In this document: in pieces, positions 14,805-24,253 of the stretch | How positions within the stretch are numbered: the stretch's first letter is position 1 | How the letters are laid out: each line of letters starts with the position of its first letter | Assembly: GCA_034666965.1 (NCBI GenBank) | Contig: JAXDKT010000075.1 | Coordinates: 1 to 54,047, forward strand | Direction of reading: 5' to 3' | DNA from: Chloroflexota bacterium | Lineage (GTDB): Bacteria > Chloroflexota > Limnocylindria > Limnocylindrales > CSP1-4 | DNA: 54,047 bases | Translations under genes and position numbers: made by a program | Notes under the pieces: model-generated | Databases searched by the model: none | Told to the model about the DNA's origin: nothing | What the model saw: the letters and a program-made list of their open reading frames with translations, nothing else

Positions 14805-16429
14805 GCCCGGCGGCTCCCCTTGGCCGCGGCCCTGGCCGGCTTCCTGGCGATCTTCACGCCACCCTTGGTCCCGGCTTTGGACCCGGCCCCGCCAGCTCGG
14901 CGCTTGCGCGGCAGATCGACCGAGCTGCGTTCCCGGAAGACGAGCCTGATCGGGGTGCCGTCAAACCCGTACGCCTCACGGAGCTGGTTCTCGAGATAGC
15001 GCCGGTAGCTGAAGTGGACGCTGCCGGCCTCGCGGGCGAAGATCACGAAGGTCGGGGGTGCGACCCCGGCCTGGGTCCCGTAGAAGATCTTGGGCCGCTT
15101 GTTCTTGACCAGCGGCGGGGTCTGGCGCTGGGTGGCCTCGCCCAGGAGCCGATTGAGCTCCCCGGTCGAGACCCGCTTGCGCCGCTCGCCCCACACGTCG
15201 ACCGCGGCCTCGAGGACACGGCCGACCCGCTGGCCGGTCTTGGCGCTGATCGACACGACCGGCGCGAAGTCGAGAAACGGGACGTCGCGACGGATCGTGC
15301 GCACGTACTCGTCGAAGGTGCGGTCGGTCTTGTCCTCGAGCAGGTCCCACTTGTTGATCGCCACGACCAGGCCCTTGCCCTCCTCGACGACGTAGCCGGC
15401 GACGTGGGCGTCCTGGGCGGTCAGCCCATCGACGGCATCGAGGACCAGGATGGCCACGTCCGCCCGGGCGATCGCGCGCAGCGCCCGGAGCGCCGAGTAC
15501 TTCTCCGAGGCATGCCCGCCGGCGACCTTGCCCCGCCGGCGCATCCCGGCGGTGTCGATCAGGACGACCTCGCTGCGGCCGTAGGCCAGCGTCGTGTCGA
15601 TCGCGTCGCGGGTGGTGCCCGGGACCTCGCTGACGATCGAGCGCTCCTCCCCGAGTAGGGCATTGAGCAGGCTCGACTTGCCCACGTTGGGCCGGCCGAC
15701 GATGGCGATCGCCACCGGCGCGTCCTCGGATTCGGCCGCGATCGCGGCGTCCCACTTGCGCGCCGCGGCATCGAGCGAATCGAGGGCCGCGTCGGGCTCG
15801 TCATCGCCGTCCTGGCCCAGCAGCTCGTCGCCGACCACCAGCGGCTCGAGGAAGCCGTCCGCGACGTCGCGAGCCCAGGCCTCGGCCTCCGCCTCACGAG
15901 CCTTGCGAGCTCGCTCCTCGTCGGTCTCGGGCGGGAGCGCCCAGACGATCGCGTCGAGCAGATCGCCGGTCCCTCGGCCGTGGGCCGCGCTGATCGGGTA
16001 CGTCTCCTCCCAACCGAGAGCGTAGAACTCGGCGGCCTCGAGCTCGCGTCGATCGTTGTCGGCCTTGTTGACCGCGACGAGCACCGGTGAGCGGGCCCGG
16101 CGAAGGAGCTCGGCGGCCTCCAGGTCGGGGGGCGTTGGCCCGCTCATGGCATCGACCACGAATACGATCACGTCCGCTTCGGCGATGGCGATCCGGGCCT
16201 GCTCCTGGACGCGCGCCTCGATCGGGTCGTCGGGATCGACCTCCAGGCCACCGGTGTCGACGATCATGAACCGCCGGCCGTTCCATTCGGACTCGCCGTA
16301 GAGCCGGTCGCGGGTGGTCCGGGCGCGGTCCTCGACGATCGCGTGACGGGTGCCCAGGATCCGGTTGAAGAGGGTGCTCTTGCCGACGTTGGGGCGGCCG
16401 ACCACGGCGACCACGGGCAGGGCGTTCAT
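14801..16429 (-). CDS. der: Ribosome-biogenesis GTPase Der (EngA), with a basic C-terminal tail
   Basis: It has two GTPase domains ([14 protein letters not shown] and [14 protein letters not shown]) plus a KH-like domain. The C-terminal tail is Lys/Ala/Gly-rich. Confidence 0.9.
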   Translation of the reverse strand: MNALPVVAVVGRPNVGKSTLFNRILGTRHAIVEDRARTTRDRLYGESEWNGRRFMIVDTGGLEVDPDDPIEARVQEQARIAIAEADVIVFVVDAMSGPTPPDLEAAELLRRARSPVLVAVNKADNDRRELEAAEFYALGWEETYPISAAHGRGTGDLLDAIVWALPPETDEERARKAREAEAEAWARDVADGFLEPLVVGDELLGQDGDDEPDAALDSLDAAARKWDAAIAAESEDAPVAIAIVGRPNVGKSSLLNALLGEERSIVSEVPGTTRDAIDTTLAYGRSEVVLIDTAGMRRRGKVAGGHASEKYSALRALRAIARADVAILVLDAVDGLTAQDAHVAGYVVEEGKGLVVAINKWDLLEDKTDRTFDEYVRTIRRDVPFLDFAPVVSISAKTGQRVGRVLEAAVDVWGERRKRVSTGELNRLLGEATQRQTPPLVKNKRPKIFYGTQAGVAPPTFVIFAREAGSVHFSYRRYLENQLREAYGFDGTPIRLVFRERSSVDLPRKRRAGGAGSKAGTKGGVKIARKPARAAAKGSRRA

Positions 16430-16436
16430 CGGGCGC

Positions 16437-17405
16437 TCAGGCGGCGCCGGCGGCCGGATCGCGGGTGGGCAGCGAGGTCGTCCGACCGGCGGGGGTGGCG
16501 GCCAGGGCCAGGGCGGCCATGGCCAGCACGTGGGCGTGGGCCTGCGCGTCGGGCGTGCCGGCCAGCTCCAGGATCCTCTCGGCGACCGCCTGGAGATCCT
16601 CGATCGGGGTCGACGTTCCGCCGGTCACGCCCACGATCGCGGCGGTCCCGAAGATCGTGGGGTCGGCCAGGTCGCGCACGCTCTCGATCTGGATCGCGTG
16701 CGTGCCGGCGATCTCGCACAGGCGGGTCAGCTCCTTGGTGTTGGCCGACGAGCGCCCTCCCACGACGACCATGAGATCGACCTCCCGGGCGGCCTCGAGG
16801 GTGTCCTCCTGGCGCCGGATCGTCACCGGGCAGACCGTGTTCACGATCTTGAGCTCGTGGCTGCGCGAGACCATGTAGGCCGCCAGCTTCTCGAACTTCC
16901 AGGGCGGCTGGGTGCTCTGCGAGATGAGTGCCATCTTCTTGCGCCGCGGGATCTTGGGCCAGTCGTCTTCCTCGTCGACCACGATCGCGTCGGGTGCGAA
17001 GCCGAGCAACCCGACCACCTCGGGATGGCGGGGCGTGCCCAGGAGCACGATCGTGTACCCCTCCTCGACCAGGCGGACGAGCTCGCGCTGCTCCTGGATG
17101 ACCCAGGTGCAGGTACCGTCGATGACCTCCAGCCCACGGGCGGTGGCCCGCTCCATGACCTCGGGTCGGACGCCGTGGGCGCGGATCACGACCGCCGCGC
17201 CATGATCGACGTCATCGAGCGCATCGACCGTATGGACGCCGATCTGCTCGAGGTCGCGAATGACGCCCTCGTTGTGGACGACCTGACCCAGGGTGTGCGT
17301 CGCCTTGCCGGCGGCGGCCGATTCCTTGGCCTTGTCGATCGCCTCGCGAACGCCATAGCAGAAGCCCGTCCGCTTGGCGATCCTGATGTCCTGAACGGTT
17401 CCCAT
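16437..17405 (-). CDS. ispH: 4-hydroxy-3-methylbut-2-enyl diphosphate reductase
   Basis: 322 aa with the N-terminus [16 protein letters not shown] and conserved Cys positions typical of IspH/LytB. Confidence 0.9.
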   Translation of the reverse strand: MGTVQDIRIAKRTGFCYGVREAIDKAKESAAAGKATHTLGQVVHNEGVIRDLEQIGVHTVDALDDVDHGAAVVIRAHGVRPEVMERATARGLEVIDGTCTWVIQEQRELVRLVEEGYTIVLLGTPRHPEVVGLLGFAPDAIVVDEEDDWPKIPRRKKMALISQSTQPPWKFEKLAAYMVSRSHELKIVNTVCPVTIRRQEDTLEAAREVDLMVVVGGRSSANTKELTRLCEIAGTHAIQIESVRDLADPTIFGTAAIVGVTGGTSTPIEDLQAVAERILELAGTPDAQAHAHVLAMAALALAATPAGRTTSLPTRDPAAGAA

Positions 17406-17413
17406 CGCCTCGA

Positions 17414-18193
17414 TTATCGCACGGGCTCCCCCGGCGACCCCTCAGCCGGGTCCCGCCCGGACTCGGCGTCCGGGTCTGGGGTCGAGGCCGGGGCGCCCGC
17501 CGCGGTCGTGTACGCGCCACGCTGGTCGGGTGGCAGCAGCGCCGCGATCCGGCCCATGATCTCGGTCGTGGCGGCGACCTGGGCGGCCCGCCGCTCGGCG
17601 CCCGTGCCGCTCGCGTTGATCGTGAACGGCTCCCCCACTCGGAGCACGACCCGGCGCCGGGTGGGATGGGGCAGGCGCTGGCCGCGCGGCCAGACCCGGC
17701 GCGTGCCCGACACGCCGATCGGCACGATCCGGGCGCCGCCGCGCAGGGCCAGGATGGTCGTGCCCTCTTTGGCTTCCTGGAGGGCTCCCGTTGGGCTGCG
17801 GGTGCCCTCGGGAAAGACGATCAGGACATGGCCCTCGTCGAGGACGCGCTTGGCCGTCCGGAAGGCCTCGACGTCGGCGGCTCCGCGCTGGATGCCGATG
17901 ACCCCGTTGAGTGCGAGCAGCGTGCCGATGACCGGCCAGTCGAGCGCCTCCTGCTTGCCCAGCCAGTAGATCCGCCGTCCGAGCGCGGGCGTGACGAACG
18001 AGCCGATGAGCGGCGCGTCCGCGTTCGAAACGTGGTTCGCCACGAGGATCAGCGGACCCTCGACGCCACGCAGGTGGTCGAGGCCGTGGAGCTCGACTCG
18101 GGCCATGAACCGCCACACCAGCCGGCCGAACGCGTCGGTGGCCCGGATGATCCAGGTCAGCCCATCGGCAAGCGGCCGACGCCGCTCGGTCAC
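17414..18193 (-). CDS. plsC: 1-acyl-sn-glycerol-3-phosphate acyltransferase
   Basis: Carries the NHVSNAD (HX4D) and FPEGTRS motifs. The GTG start forms a GTGA overlap with the cmk stop. Confidence 0.85.
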   Translation of the reverse strand: MTERRRPLADGLTWIIRATDAFGRLVWRFMARVELHGLDHLRGVEGPLILVANHVSNADAPLIGSFVTPALGRRIYWLGKQEALDWPVIGTLLALNGVIGIQRGAADVEAFRTAKRVLDEGHVLIVFPEGTRSPTGALQEAKEGTTILALRGGARIVPIGVSGTRRVWPRGQRLPHPTRRRVVLRVGEPFTINASGTGAERRAAQVAATTEIMGRIAALLPPDQRGAYTTAAGAPASTPDPDAESGRDPAEGSPGEPVR

Positions 18194-18924
18194 CCGTCCA
18201 GGCCCCGCGCGGACTCGGCCGCGCGGATCGCGGCCTCGACCGCCGCGACCGTCTGTTCGAACGTGTTGCCGTCGGTGGCGATCACCGTCGCGTCATCGGC
18301 CGCCCGGAGGGGGGCGATCGGCCGGTCGCGATCGAGCGCGTCACGCCGGCGCAGGTCCGCCAGGATTGCCGCGGCCTCGGTCGAGTCGGGGGCCAGGCCC
18401 CGCTCCTCGGCACGCCGTCGTGCCCTCTCCTCGGCGGAGGCGTCGAGGAAGACCTTGAGATCGGCGCCTGGCAGGACCACGGTGCCGATGTCGCGGCCGG
18501 CCATGACGATCCCGCCGGCCGCGGCCAGGGCGCGCTGGCGGTTCAGGAGCGACCGGCGCACCTCTGGCACGCGCGAGACCTCGCTGACGCTCCGATCGAC
18601 GTCCGGAGCGCGCACGGCCTCGGTGACGTCGACGCCGTCGATCAGGACCCGCGACAGCGAGCCGCCGCCATCGGCCGCCAGCTCGACCTCCTCGATCAGC
18701 GGCACCAGCGCCACCGGGTCGCTCAGACCGGCGCCGCGGCGGAGGGCCAGCGCGGTCAGCGCCCGATACAGCAGGCCCGTGTCGCAGAAGCGATAGCCCA
18801 AGTCGCGTGCGGCCGTGGCCCCGACGCTGCTCTTGCCCGACGAGGCCGGGCCGTCGAGCGCGACCACCAGCCGCGGCCGGCGCGGCCCGGTGTCGGCTGC
18901 AGAGGTCGGCTCCGCGGCGCTCAC
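18190..18924 (-). CDS. cmk: Cytidylate kinase
   Basis: The 596-aa track ORF is trimmed to the GTG at 18924, which forms a GTGA overlap with the rluB stop. The P-loop region reads VVALDGPASSGKSSV...YRFCDTGLLYR. Confidence 0.85.
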   Translation of the reverse strand: MSAAEPTSAADTGPRRPRLVVALDGPASSGKSSVGATAARDLGYRFCDTGLLYRALTALALRRGAGLSDPVALVPLIEEVELAADGGGSLSRVLIDGVDVTEAVRAPDVDRSVSEVSRVPEVRRSLLNRQRALAAAGGIVMAGRDIGTVVLPGADLKVFLDASAEERARRRAEERGLAPDSTEAAAILADLRRRDALDRDRPIAPLRAADDATVIATDGNTFEQTVAAVEAAIRAAESARGLDG

Positions 18925-19700
18925 CGGGCCGCCACGAGCCGGCCGGCGCCCAGGGAGCGCACCTCGGCCGCGCTGAGGGGCCGGACCGCCCCAGCCCGGA
19001 GCGTCCCGATCCGGACGGTTCCCAGGCGGACGCGCACCAGTCGGGCGATCGGGGCCCCGTTGGCCGCGAACATCCGTCGGAGCTGCCGCTTCCAGCCCTG
19101 CTCGAGGGTCGCCCGGTACCAGGCCAGCTCGGGTGGTGCCGGCTCGAGGACCTCCGCCAGGCCGCGGATCTCGATCCCGGTCATCGGCCGAAGATGACCC
19201 AGCCTGGCCATCCCCTCGTCGAGCCGGACGCCGGCCCGCAGCGCCGCGATCTGGTCGGCGCTGAGCGGCGAGGCCAGCCCGATCGCGTACTCGCGCTCGA
19301 CCCCGAAGCGGGGATGGAGCACTCGATCGGCCCACGCCCCGTCGTTGGTGAGCACGATCAGGCCCTCGGAATCGAGATCCAGCCGACCGACCGGATAGAG
19401 CCGGCCGCTGCCGGCCAAGGCCCGCGGGACGAGGTCGAGCACGGTCGACGCCGCGTGACGGTCTCGCGTGGTCGAGGTCACCCCGAGCGGCTTGTGCGCG
19501 ACGAGGTGGACCAGCGCCGACGCCTCGCCGACCGGCCGGCCGTCGACCGCGATGACGGCGTGGCCCGGCTCGACCGACTCGCCGATGGTGGCCGGCCGCC
19601 CGTCGACCGTGACCCGACCGGCTGCGATCAGCCGTTCTGCTTCGCGGCGCGAGGCGATCCCGGCCGCGGCGATGACCTTCTGGAGCCGCTCCGGCGCCAT
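18921..19700 (-). CDS. rluB: Pseudouridine synthase, RsuA/RluB family (S4 domain plus catalytic domain)
   Basis: The S4 domain reads RLQKVIAAAGIASRREAERLI and the catalytic motif is GRLDLDSEGLIVLTND. Confidence 0.85.
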   Translation of the reverse strand: MAPERLQKVIAAAGIASRREAERLIAAGRVTVDGRPATIGESVEPGHAVIAVDGRPVGEASALVHLVAHKPLGVTSTTRDRHAASTVLDLVPRALAGSGRLYPVGRLDLDSEGLIVLTNDGAWADRVLHPRFGVEREYAIGLASPLSADQIAALRAGVRLDEGMARLGHLRPMTGIEIRGLAEVLEPAPPELAWYRATLEQGWKRQLRRMFAANGAPIARLVRVRLGTVRIGTLRAGAVRPLSAAEVRSLGAGRLVAAR

Positions 19701-20437
19701 CAGCTCGGGCCGGGGCCGACGGCGATCCCCGGGCCGCTGTCCGCGTCGTCCTCGGGAGGGACGCCGGACCCGGAAGCCTCGGTGCCTGCCTCCACCAACC
19801 GGGCGGCGATGTCGGTCTCGAGCGGCGGCAGCTGGTCGAGGCTGGCGATCCCGAAGCGCTCCAGGAACTCGAAGTCGGTGCCGTACAGGTAGGGCCGGCC
19901 GGGCGTCTCCGAGCGACCCAGCTCGACGATGAGCCGGCGGTGGAGCAGCGCCCGCATGGTGTAGTCCGAATCCACGCCACGGATCCGCTCCACGCCGCCC
20001 TTGGTGACCGGCTGGCGGTAGGCCACGATGGCCAGCGTCTCGAGCGCGGCCGGGGACAGCCGGACGGCTCCGGCGCCGACGTAGCGACCGATCAGGCGGC
20101 CGGCCTCGGGGGCGGTCGCCAGCTCGACCCGGTCGCCCGACGTGACCAGCCGGATCCCGCGCTCCGCCAGGCTGATCTCCAGGTCGCCGATCCGGGCGTC
20201 GACCGTGTCCCGATCGACGCCGGCGAGGGCCGCGATCTCGCGCCGGGCCAGCGGCCGCTCGGCCACGAACAGAAGCGCCTCGAGGGTGGCCTCGGTCAGG
20301 CCCAGGGGCTCCGCGGCCAGCTCCGCGGCAGGCTCGGCGGCAAGCTCGGGACCAGGCTCGGCCGGGGCTTCGGCGGCGGGGTCGGGCGAGGCGTCGCTGC
20401 CGAGAGCGGTCGGCGCGTCACCGTCGCGCTCGGTCAC
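19700..20437 (-). CDS. scpB: Segregation and condensation protein B
   Basis: Motifs are LEALLFVAERPL, ETLAIVAYRQPVT and IRGV. It sits downstream of scpA, joined by a GTGA overlap. Confidence 0.85.
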   Translation of the reverse strand: MTERDGDAPTALGSDASPDPAAEAPAEPGPELAAEPAAELAAEPLGLTEATLEALLFVAERPLARREIAALAGVDRDTVDARIGDLEISLAERGIRLVTSGDRVELATAPEAGRLIGRYVGAGAVRLSPAALETLAIVAYRQPVTKGGVERIRGVDSDYTMRALLHRRLIVELGRSETPGRPYLYGTDFEFLERFGIASLDQLPPLETDIAARLVEAGTEASGSGVPPEDDADSGPGIAVGPGPS

Positions 20438-21297
20438 GCGAACGACTCCAACGACTCATCGATGGGCGTCTCGGGCGCGAGACCGCCCATGGCGGCGCGT
20501 TCCTCGGCGGTGGTCGAGCGGGCCACGATCGGGCCCCACGGGGCGGCCTGCTCGACCGCGATCTCGCGCCGTTTCATGAGCTCGAGCAGGGCCAGGAAGG
20601 TGACGACCACCACGACTCGGTCGCGAACCCCGGCGAGGAGCTCCTGGAGGACCACCTGGTCGACGCCCCGGAGGGCGGCCCGGATGAGCTCGGCACGCTG
20701 GGTGATCGTCACCGTCCGGGGCAAGGTCTCGGGCGGTGGTGGCGGCGGCGGTACGACCCGGAGCATCCGCTCGAGGCTGGCCGCAAGGAGGCTCGGATCG
20801 AGGGTCGGCGCCGGCGGGCGTACCGCACCCGCCCGACCCGCGGCCAGGGCCGCGCCGGGCTCTCGGCGGAACAGCCCGACCCGCTCGAGCGCCGTGGCCT
20901 GGAGGAGCACGCCGGCGTCGCGATGGGCGCGGTACAGGATGAGTCTCGCGCGGAGCTCCGCCTCGGGATCGGGCGCCTCCTCGGGGACGGCCGCCGGATC
21001 CGCCCGGCGGGGCAACAGCGCCCGGCTCTTGATCAGGATCAGCTGGCCGGCGACCGCGATGAAGCCGCTGACGTTGCCGATCCGGTCCGTCTCGAGATCG
21101 GCCAAGGCGTCGAGGTAGGCCTCGGCCAGGGCGCCCAGGGGCACGGTCATCACGTCGAGCTGGCGCGCCTCGATGAGCGACAGCAGGAGCGCCAGGGGCC
21201 CCTCGAACGCGTCGAGCCGGACCTGGGTGCTGACCTCCGGCCGGCGTCCCTCGCCAAAGACCACGGCCGGCACGTTGACCGGGCGAACCTCGACCAT
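20434..21297 (-). CDS. scpA: Segregation and condensation protein A
   Basis: The track ORF is trimmed to the ATG at 21297 (MVEVRP...). The sequence FEGPLALLLSLIEARQLDV is typical of ScpA. Confidence 0.85.
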   Translation of the reverse strand: MVEVRPVNVPAVVFGEGRRPEVSTQVRLDAFEGPLALLLSLIEARQLDVMTVPLGALAEAYLDALADLETDRIGNVSGFIAVAGQLILIKSRALLPRRADPAAVPEEAPDPEAELRARLILYRAHRDAGVLLQATALERVGLFRREPGAALAAGRAGAVRPPAPTLDPSLLAASLERMLRVVPPPPPPPETLPRTVTITQRAELIRAALRGVDQVVLQELLAGVRDRVVVVVTFLALLELMKRREIAVEQAAPWGPIVARSTTAEERAAMGGLAPETPIDESLESFA

Positions 21298-21803
21298 CAG
21301 TTGGCCTCGTCGGCGAGGCGGAGCAGCTCGCCGGCCGCCGGCTCGACCGGGTCGGACTGGTGGCGGATGAGATCGGCGGTCCGGTCCGAGCAGCCCGCTT
21401 CGAGGGCCATCCGGGCGGACAGCTCGGCGTGGTCGCGGAGCCGGTCGAGGGCGGGACCGAAGCCCGGCAGGCAGCGGGCGATGGCCACCACCCACGACCC
21501 CCAGGCCTCGCCCAGCGACCAGGCCACCCGGGCCAGGACACCCACCGCCGGACCCTTGGCGCAATCGTGGAGGAGGCCGGCCAGCAGGAGCTCCTCATCG
21601 GTGGTCCCAGCCGCCCGGAGCGTGGCCACCACGTCCAGCCCGTGGCGTCGGTCCGCGACGTGCATGCCGTCGAAGAGGGCGAGCTGGGCGGGGCTCAACC
21701 AGCCGGTCAGCGCCGCTCGCTCGTCGGGTCGGACCCGAGCGGCGAGGTGGGAGCGGAACTGGCGGACCTTAGATCCCCAGGAGAAGCCGGGCGACGCCAA
21801 CAA
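21297..21803 (-). CDS. HD-domain protein
   Basis: Carries RRHGLDV...LLAGLLHDCAK (the H...HD motif). The only canonical start is a TTG at 21803, overlapping the upstream gene by 35 nt, so the start is uncertain. Confidence 0.6.
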   Translation of the reverse strand: MLASPGFSWGSKVRQFRSHLAARVRPDERAALTGWLSPAQLALFDGMHVADRRHGLDVVATLRAAGTTDEELLLAGLLHDCAKGPAVGVLARVAWSLGEAWGSWVVAIARCLPGFGPALDRLRDHAELSARMALEAGCSDRTADLIRHQSDPVEPAAGELLRLADEAN

Positions 21804-22410
21804 TCAAGCTTCCGAGCAATTGCCCGCCGAACAGGACGATGACGATGACGATGATCAGGCCGTACTGGGCCAGCATCGGCCGGAGCTGCCAGGCAGTCTG
21901 CGGACTGACCAGCCGAAAGAGGATGGCCGAGCCGTCCAGTGGCGGGACGGGGATCAGGTTGAAGATCGCCAGGGCGATGTTGAAGGCCACGAACGAGAAC
22001 AGGATCTCGACGAAGAGCGACGGCACCTCGATGGCCAGCGCGGCCAGGATCCGCCAGACGATCGCGCCCAGGATGGCCATGATCAGGTTCGAGACCGGCC
22101 CGGCAAGGGCCACCAGGACCTCGCCGTTGCGCCGGTCGCGCAGGTTCGACGGGTTGACCGGGGTCGGCTTGGCCCAGCCGAAGATGAAGCCGCTGTGAAG
22201 GGCCAGCGAGCTGAACGCGCTGATGATCAGGAGCAGCCCGCCCATCGGGTCGAAATGGACGACTGGGTTGAGGGTCAGGCGCCCAAACAGCTTGGCGGTG
22301 CCGTCGCCCAGACGGTAGGCCACGTAGGCGTGGGCGAACTCGTGCACCGGGAAGGCGATCCCAAGGAAGATCACGACCAGGACGGCAAGGCTGATCAGCT
22401 CGTCGCTCAT
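21769..22410 (-). CDS. Site-2 protease family (peptidase M50) membrane metalloprotease
   Basis: Carries the HEFAHAYVA (HExxH) motif and NLIPVPPLDG, and is polytopic. Confidence 0.8.
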   Translation of the reverse strand: MSDELISLAVLVVIFLGIAFPVHEFAHAYVAYRLGDGTAKLFGRLTLNPVVHFDPMGGLLLIISAFSSLALHSGFIFGWAKPTPVNPSNLRDRRNGEVLVALAGPVSNLIMAILGAIVWRILAALAIEVPSLFVEILFSFVAFNIALAIFNLIPVPPLDGSAILFRLVSPQTAWQLRPMLAQYGLIIVIVIVLFGGQLLGSLIVGVARLLLGI

Positions 22411-22530
22411 TGCCGGCGCGGCACCTCGTGGCTGGCTGGGACCGGGCTATCGTACCGTCCGCGACGGTCCCCCGGCTGGTGCCTCGGGCCGATCAGGGGC
22501 TGATGCCCCGGGCGGGCCCCCGGCCGGTGG

Positions 22531-23247
22531 CTACAGCCGCTCGAGCAGATCCGCCTTCTTGGCCTCGTATTCGGCCGCACTGATGGCGCCCCGGTCGCGC
22601 AGGTCGGCCAGGCGGCGGAGGGTGTCGGTCACCTCCGCGGAGGTCATCGACGGCTCGCCTCCCCCGGCAGCGACACCGGCACGGGCCGCGGTGGCCGTCG
22701 ACTCGCCGGTCGTGGCCGCCGGGGCCCGCAGCGGCGGACTGGGCATCGGCGCGGCCACCTCGCGCTCGAGGGCGTACTTGGCGTTGAGCATCGTCTTCTT
22801 GAAGTTGGGCGCGTCGTTGAGCATCCGGAACTGGTCGACGGTGCTCTCCGACGCGGTCAGGATGTCCAGGTCGCCGAAATGGAGCAGTCGCCCGAACAGG
22901 CCCTGCTTGAGGACCGCGTCGTTGATCTTCTCGAGGGCGCTGTCGCTGGAGACCTTGTTGATGATCCCCTCGACCTGCATCACCCGCCGGTTGGTCACGA
23001 TGTAGTCCTGGAACGTCCAGGTGGCATACCGCCAGGCGATCCAGGCCAGGGCGCCCACGAGCGAGATCAGGGTGATCCAGTTGAAGATGTCCCAGCCGGT
23101 CATGCGGCCGAGCACGAAGAAGCCGACCGAGATCGCCACCAGGACCCAGAAGGCGATCGTGTCGGCCACGATCGAGAACCAGTGCTGGCGGGTCCGCAGC
23201 AGGATGTGCTCGCCGTCCGCGATCAGACCATCGGCATAGCGCGCCAT
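22531..23247 (-). CDS. Membrane protein with a bacterial PH (YdbT-like) domain and a C-terminal SHOCT domain
   Basis: The track ORF is trimmed to the ATG at 23247 (MARYADGLIADGEHILL...). It has two TM segments followed by a bPH fold. The C-terminus LADLRDRGAISAAEYEAKKADLL is SHOCT-like. Confidence 0.7.
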   Translation of the reverse strand: MARYADGLIADGEHILLRTRQHWFSIVADTIAFWVLVAISVGFFVLGRMTGWDIFNWITLISLVGALAWIAWRYATWTFQDYIVTNRRVMQVEGIINKVSSDSALEKINDAVLKQGLFGRLLHFGDLDILTASESTVDQFRMLNDAPNFKKTMLNAKYALEREVAAPMPSPPLRAPAATTGESTATAARAGVAAGGGEPSMTSAEVTDTLRRLADLRDRGAISAAEYEAKKADLLERL

Positions 23248-23263
23248 TGGCTGGGTGCCTCCT

Positions 23264-24253
23264 TCACGCCCGCGGGTGCGCCCGGGCGTAGACGTCTCGG
23301 ATCCGTTCGCCGGTGAGGTGGGTGTACAGCTGGGTCGTGCTGATACTCGCATGCCCGAGCAACTCCTGGACGACTCGCAGGTCCGCGCCACCCTCCAGGA
23401 GATGGGTCGCGAATGAATGGCGCAGGGTATGCGGCGTGACCCGCGCCGGCAGGCCCGCCTCGGCGGCCGCCCGGCGGACCACCGCCCAGGCCTGCTGTCG
23501 CCCCAGCCGGCGGCCGCGGGCGCTCAGGAACAGCGGGCCGCCACGGATCGGGGCCACGTGCTGGCGTGCCAGCCAGGTCGGCCGGACGTCGTCCAGGTAG
23601 CGAGCCAGCCACTCGATGGCCACCTCACCGACCGGGACGAGGCGCTCCTTGTCGCCCTTGCCGATGACCCGCACGAAGCCGCCGTCGAGGGCGAGGTCCT
23701 CCCGGTCCAGCCCGAGCGCCTCGCTGATCCGCAGCCCGGCCGCGTACAGGAGCTCGAGCAGGGCCCGGTCCCGGATCCGGACGGGCTCGTCGGGGGCGCC
23801 CCCGCTGGCCGCCTCGAGTAGGCGCTCGGTCTCGGCCACGTCGAGCGTCTCGGGCAGTCCCCGGGCCTGGCGGGGCAGGTCGATCCGGGCGGCGAGGTCG
23901 ACCGCGATCAGCTCGTCCCCGTAGGCGAACCGATAGAAGCCCCGGATCGAGGCGGTCCGGCGGCGCAGGCTCGTTGGCCGGAGCGTCCCGGCTGAGCGGG
24001 CCAGATAGCGGGTCGCCGGCTCGGCCGAGCGAGCCCAGCCGCGGGCCACGCCGGTGGCCGCCGCGAAGCCGGCCAGGTCCCCGCCGTACGCGCGCAGCGT
24101 GGCCGGGGCCAGGCCGCGCTCGACTCGCAAGTGGAGCAGGTACGCGTCGATCGCCGCGTCCAGCCCCGCTCCGGGTTCCGCTGCGGGGCGCGCTCCGGGG
24201 CGTGCTCCGGGGCGCGCGGGCCTCCGGTGACCGGACGGCTGCGGGTCGCTCAC
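23264..24253 (-). CDS. xerD: Tyrosine recombinase XerD/XerC
   Basis: The track ORF is trimmed to the GTG at 24253, which forms a GTGA overlap with the recN stop. Motifs are ARGLPETL, LLYAAGLRISE, HTLRHSFATHLL and LGHASISTTQLYTH. Confidence 0.85.
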   Translation of the reverse strand: MSDPQPSGHRRPARPGARPGARPAAEPGAGLDAAIDAYLLHLRVERGLAPATLRAYGGDLAGFAAATGVARGWARSAEPATRYLARSAGTLRPTSLRRRTASIRGFYRFAYGDELIAVDLAARIDLPRQARGLPETLDVAETERLLEAASGGAPDEPVRIRDRALLELLYAAGLRISEALGLDREDLALDGGFVRVIGKGDKERLVPVGEVAIEWLARYLDDVRPTWLARQHVAPIRGGPLFLSARGRRLGRQQAWAVVRRAAAEAGLPARVTPHTLRHSFATHLLEGGADLRVVQELLGHASISTTQLYTHLTGERIRDVYARAHPRA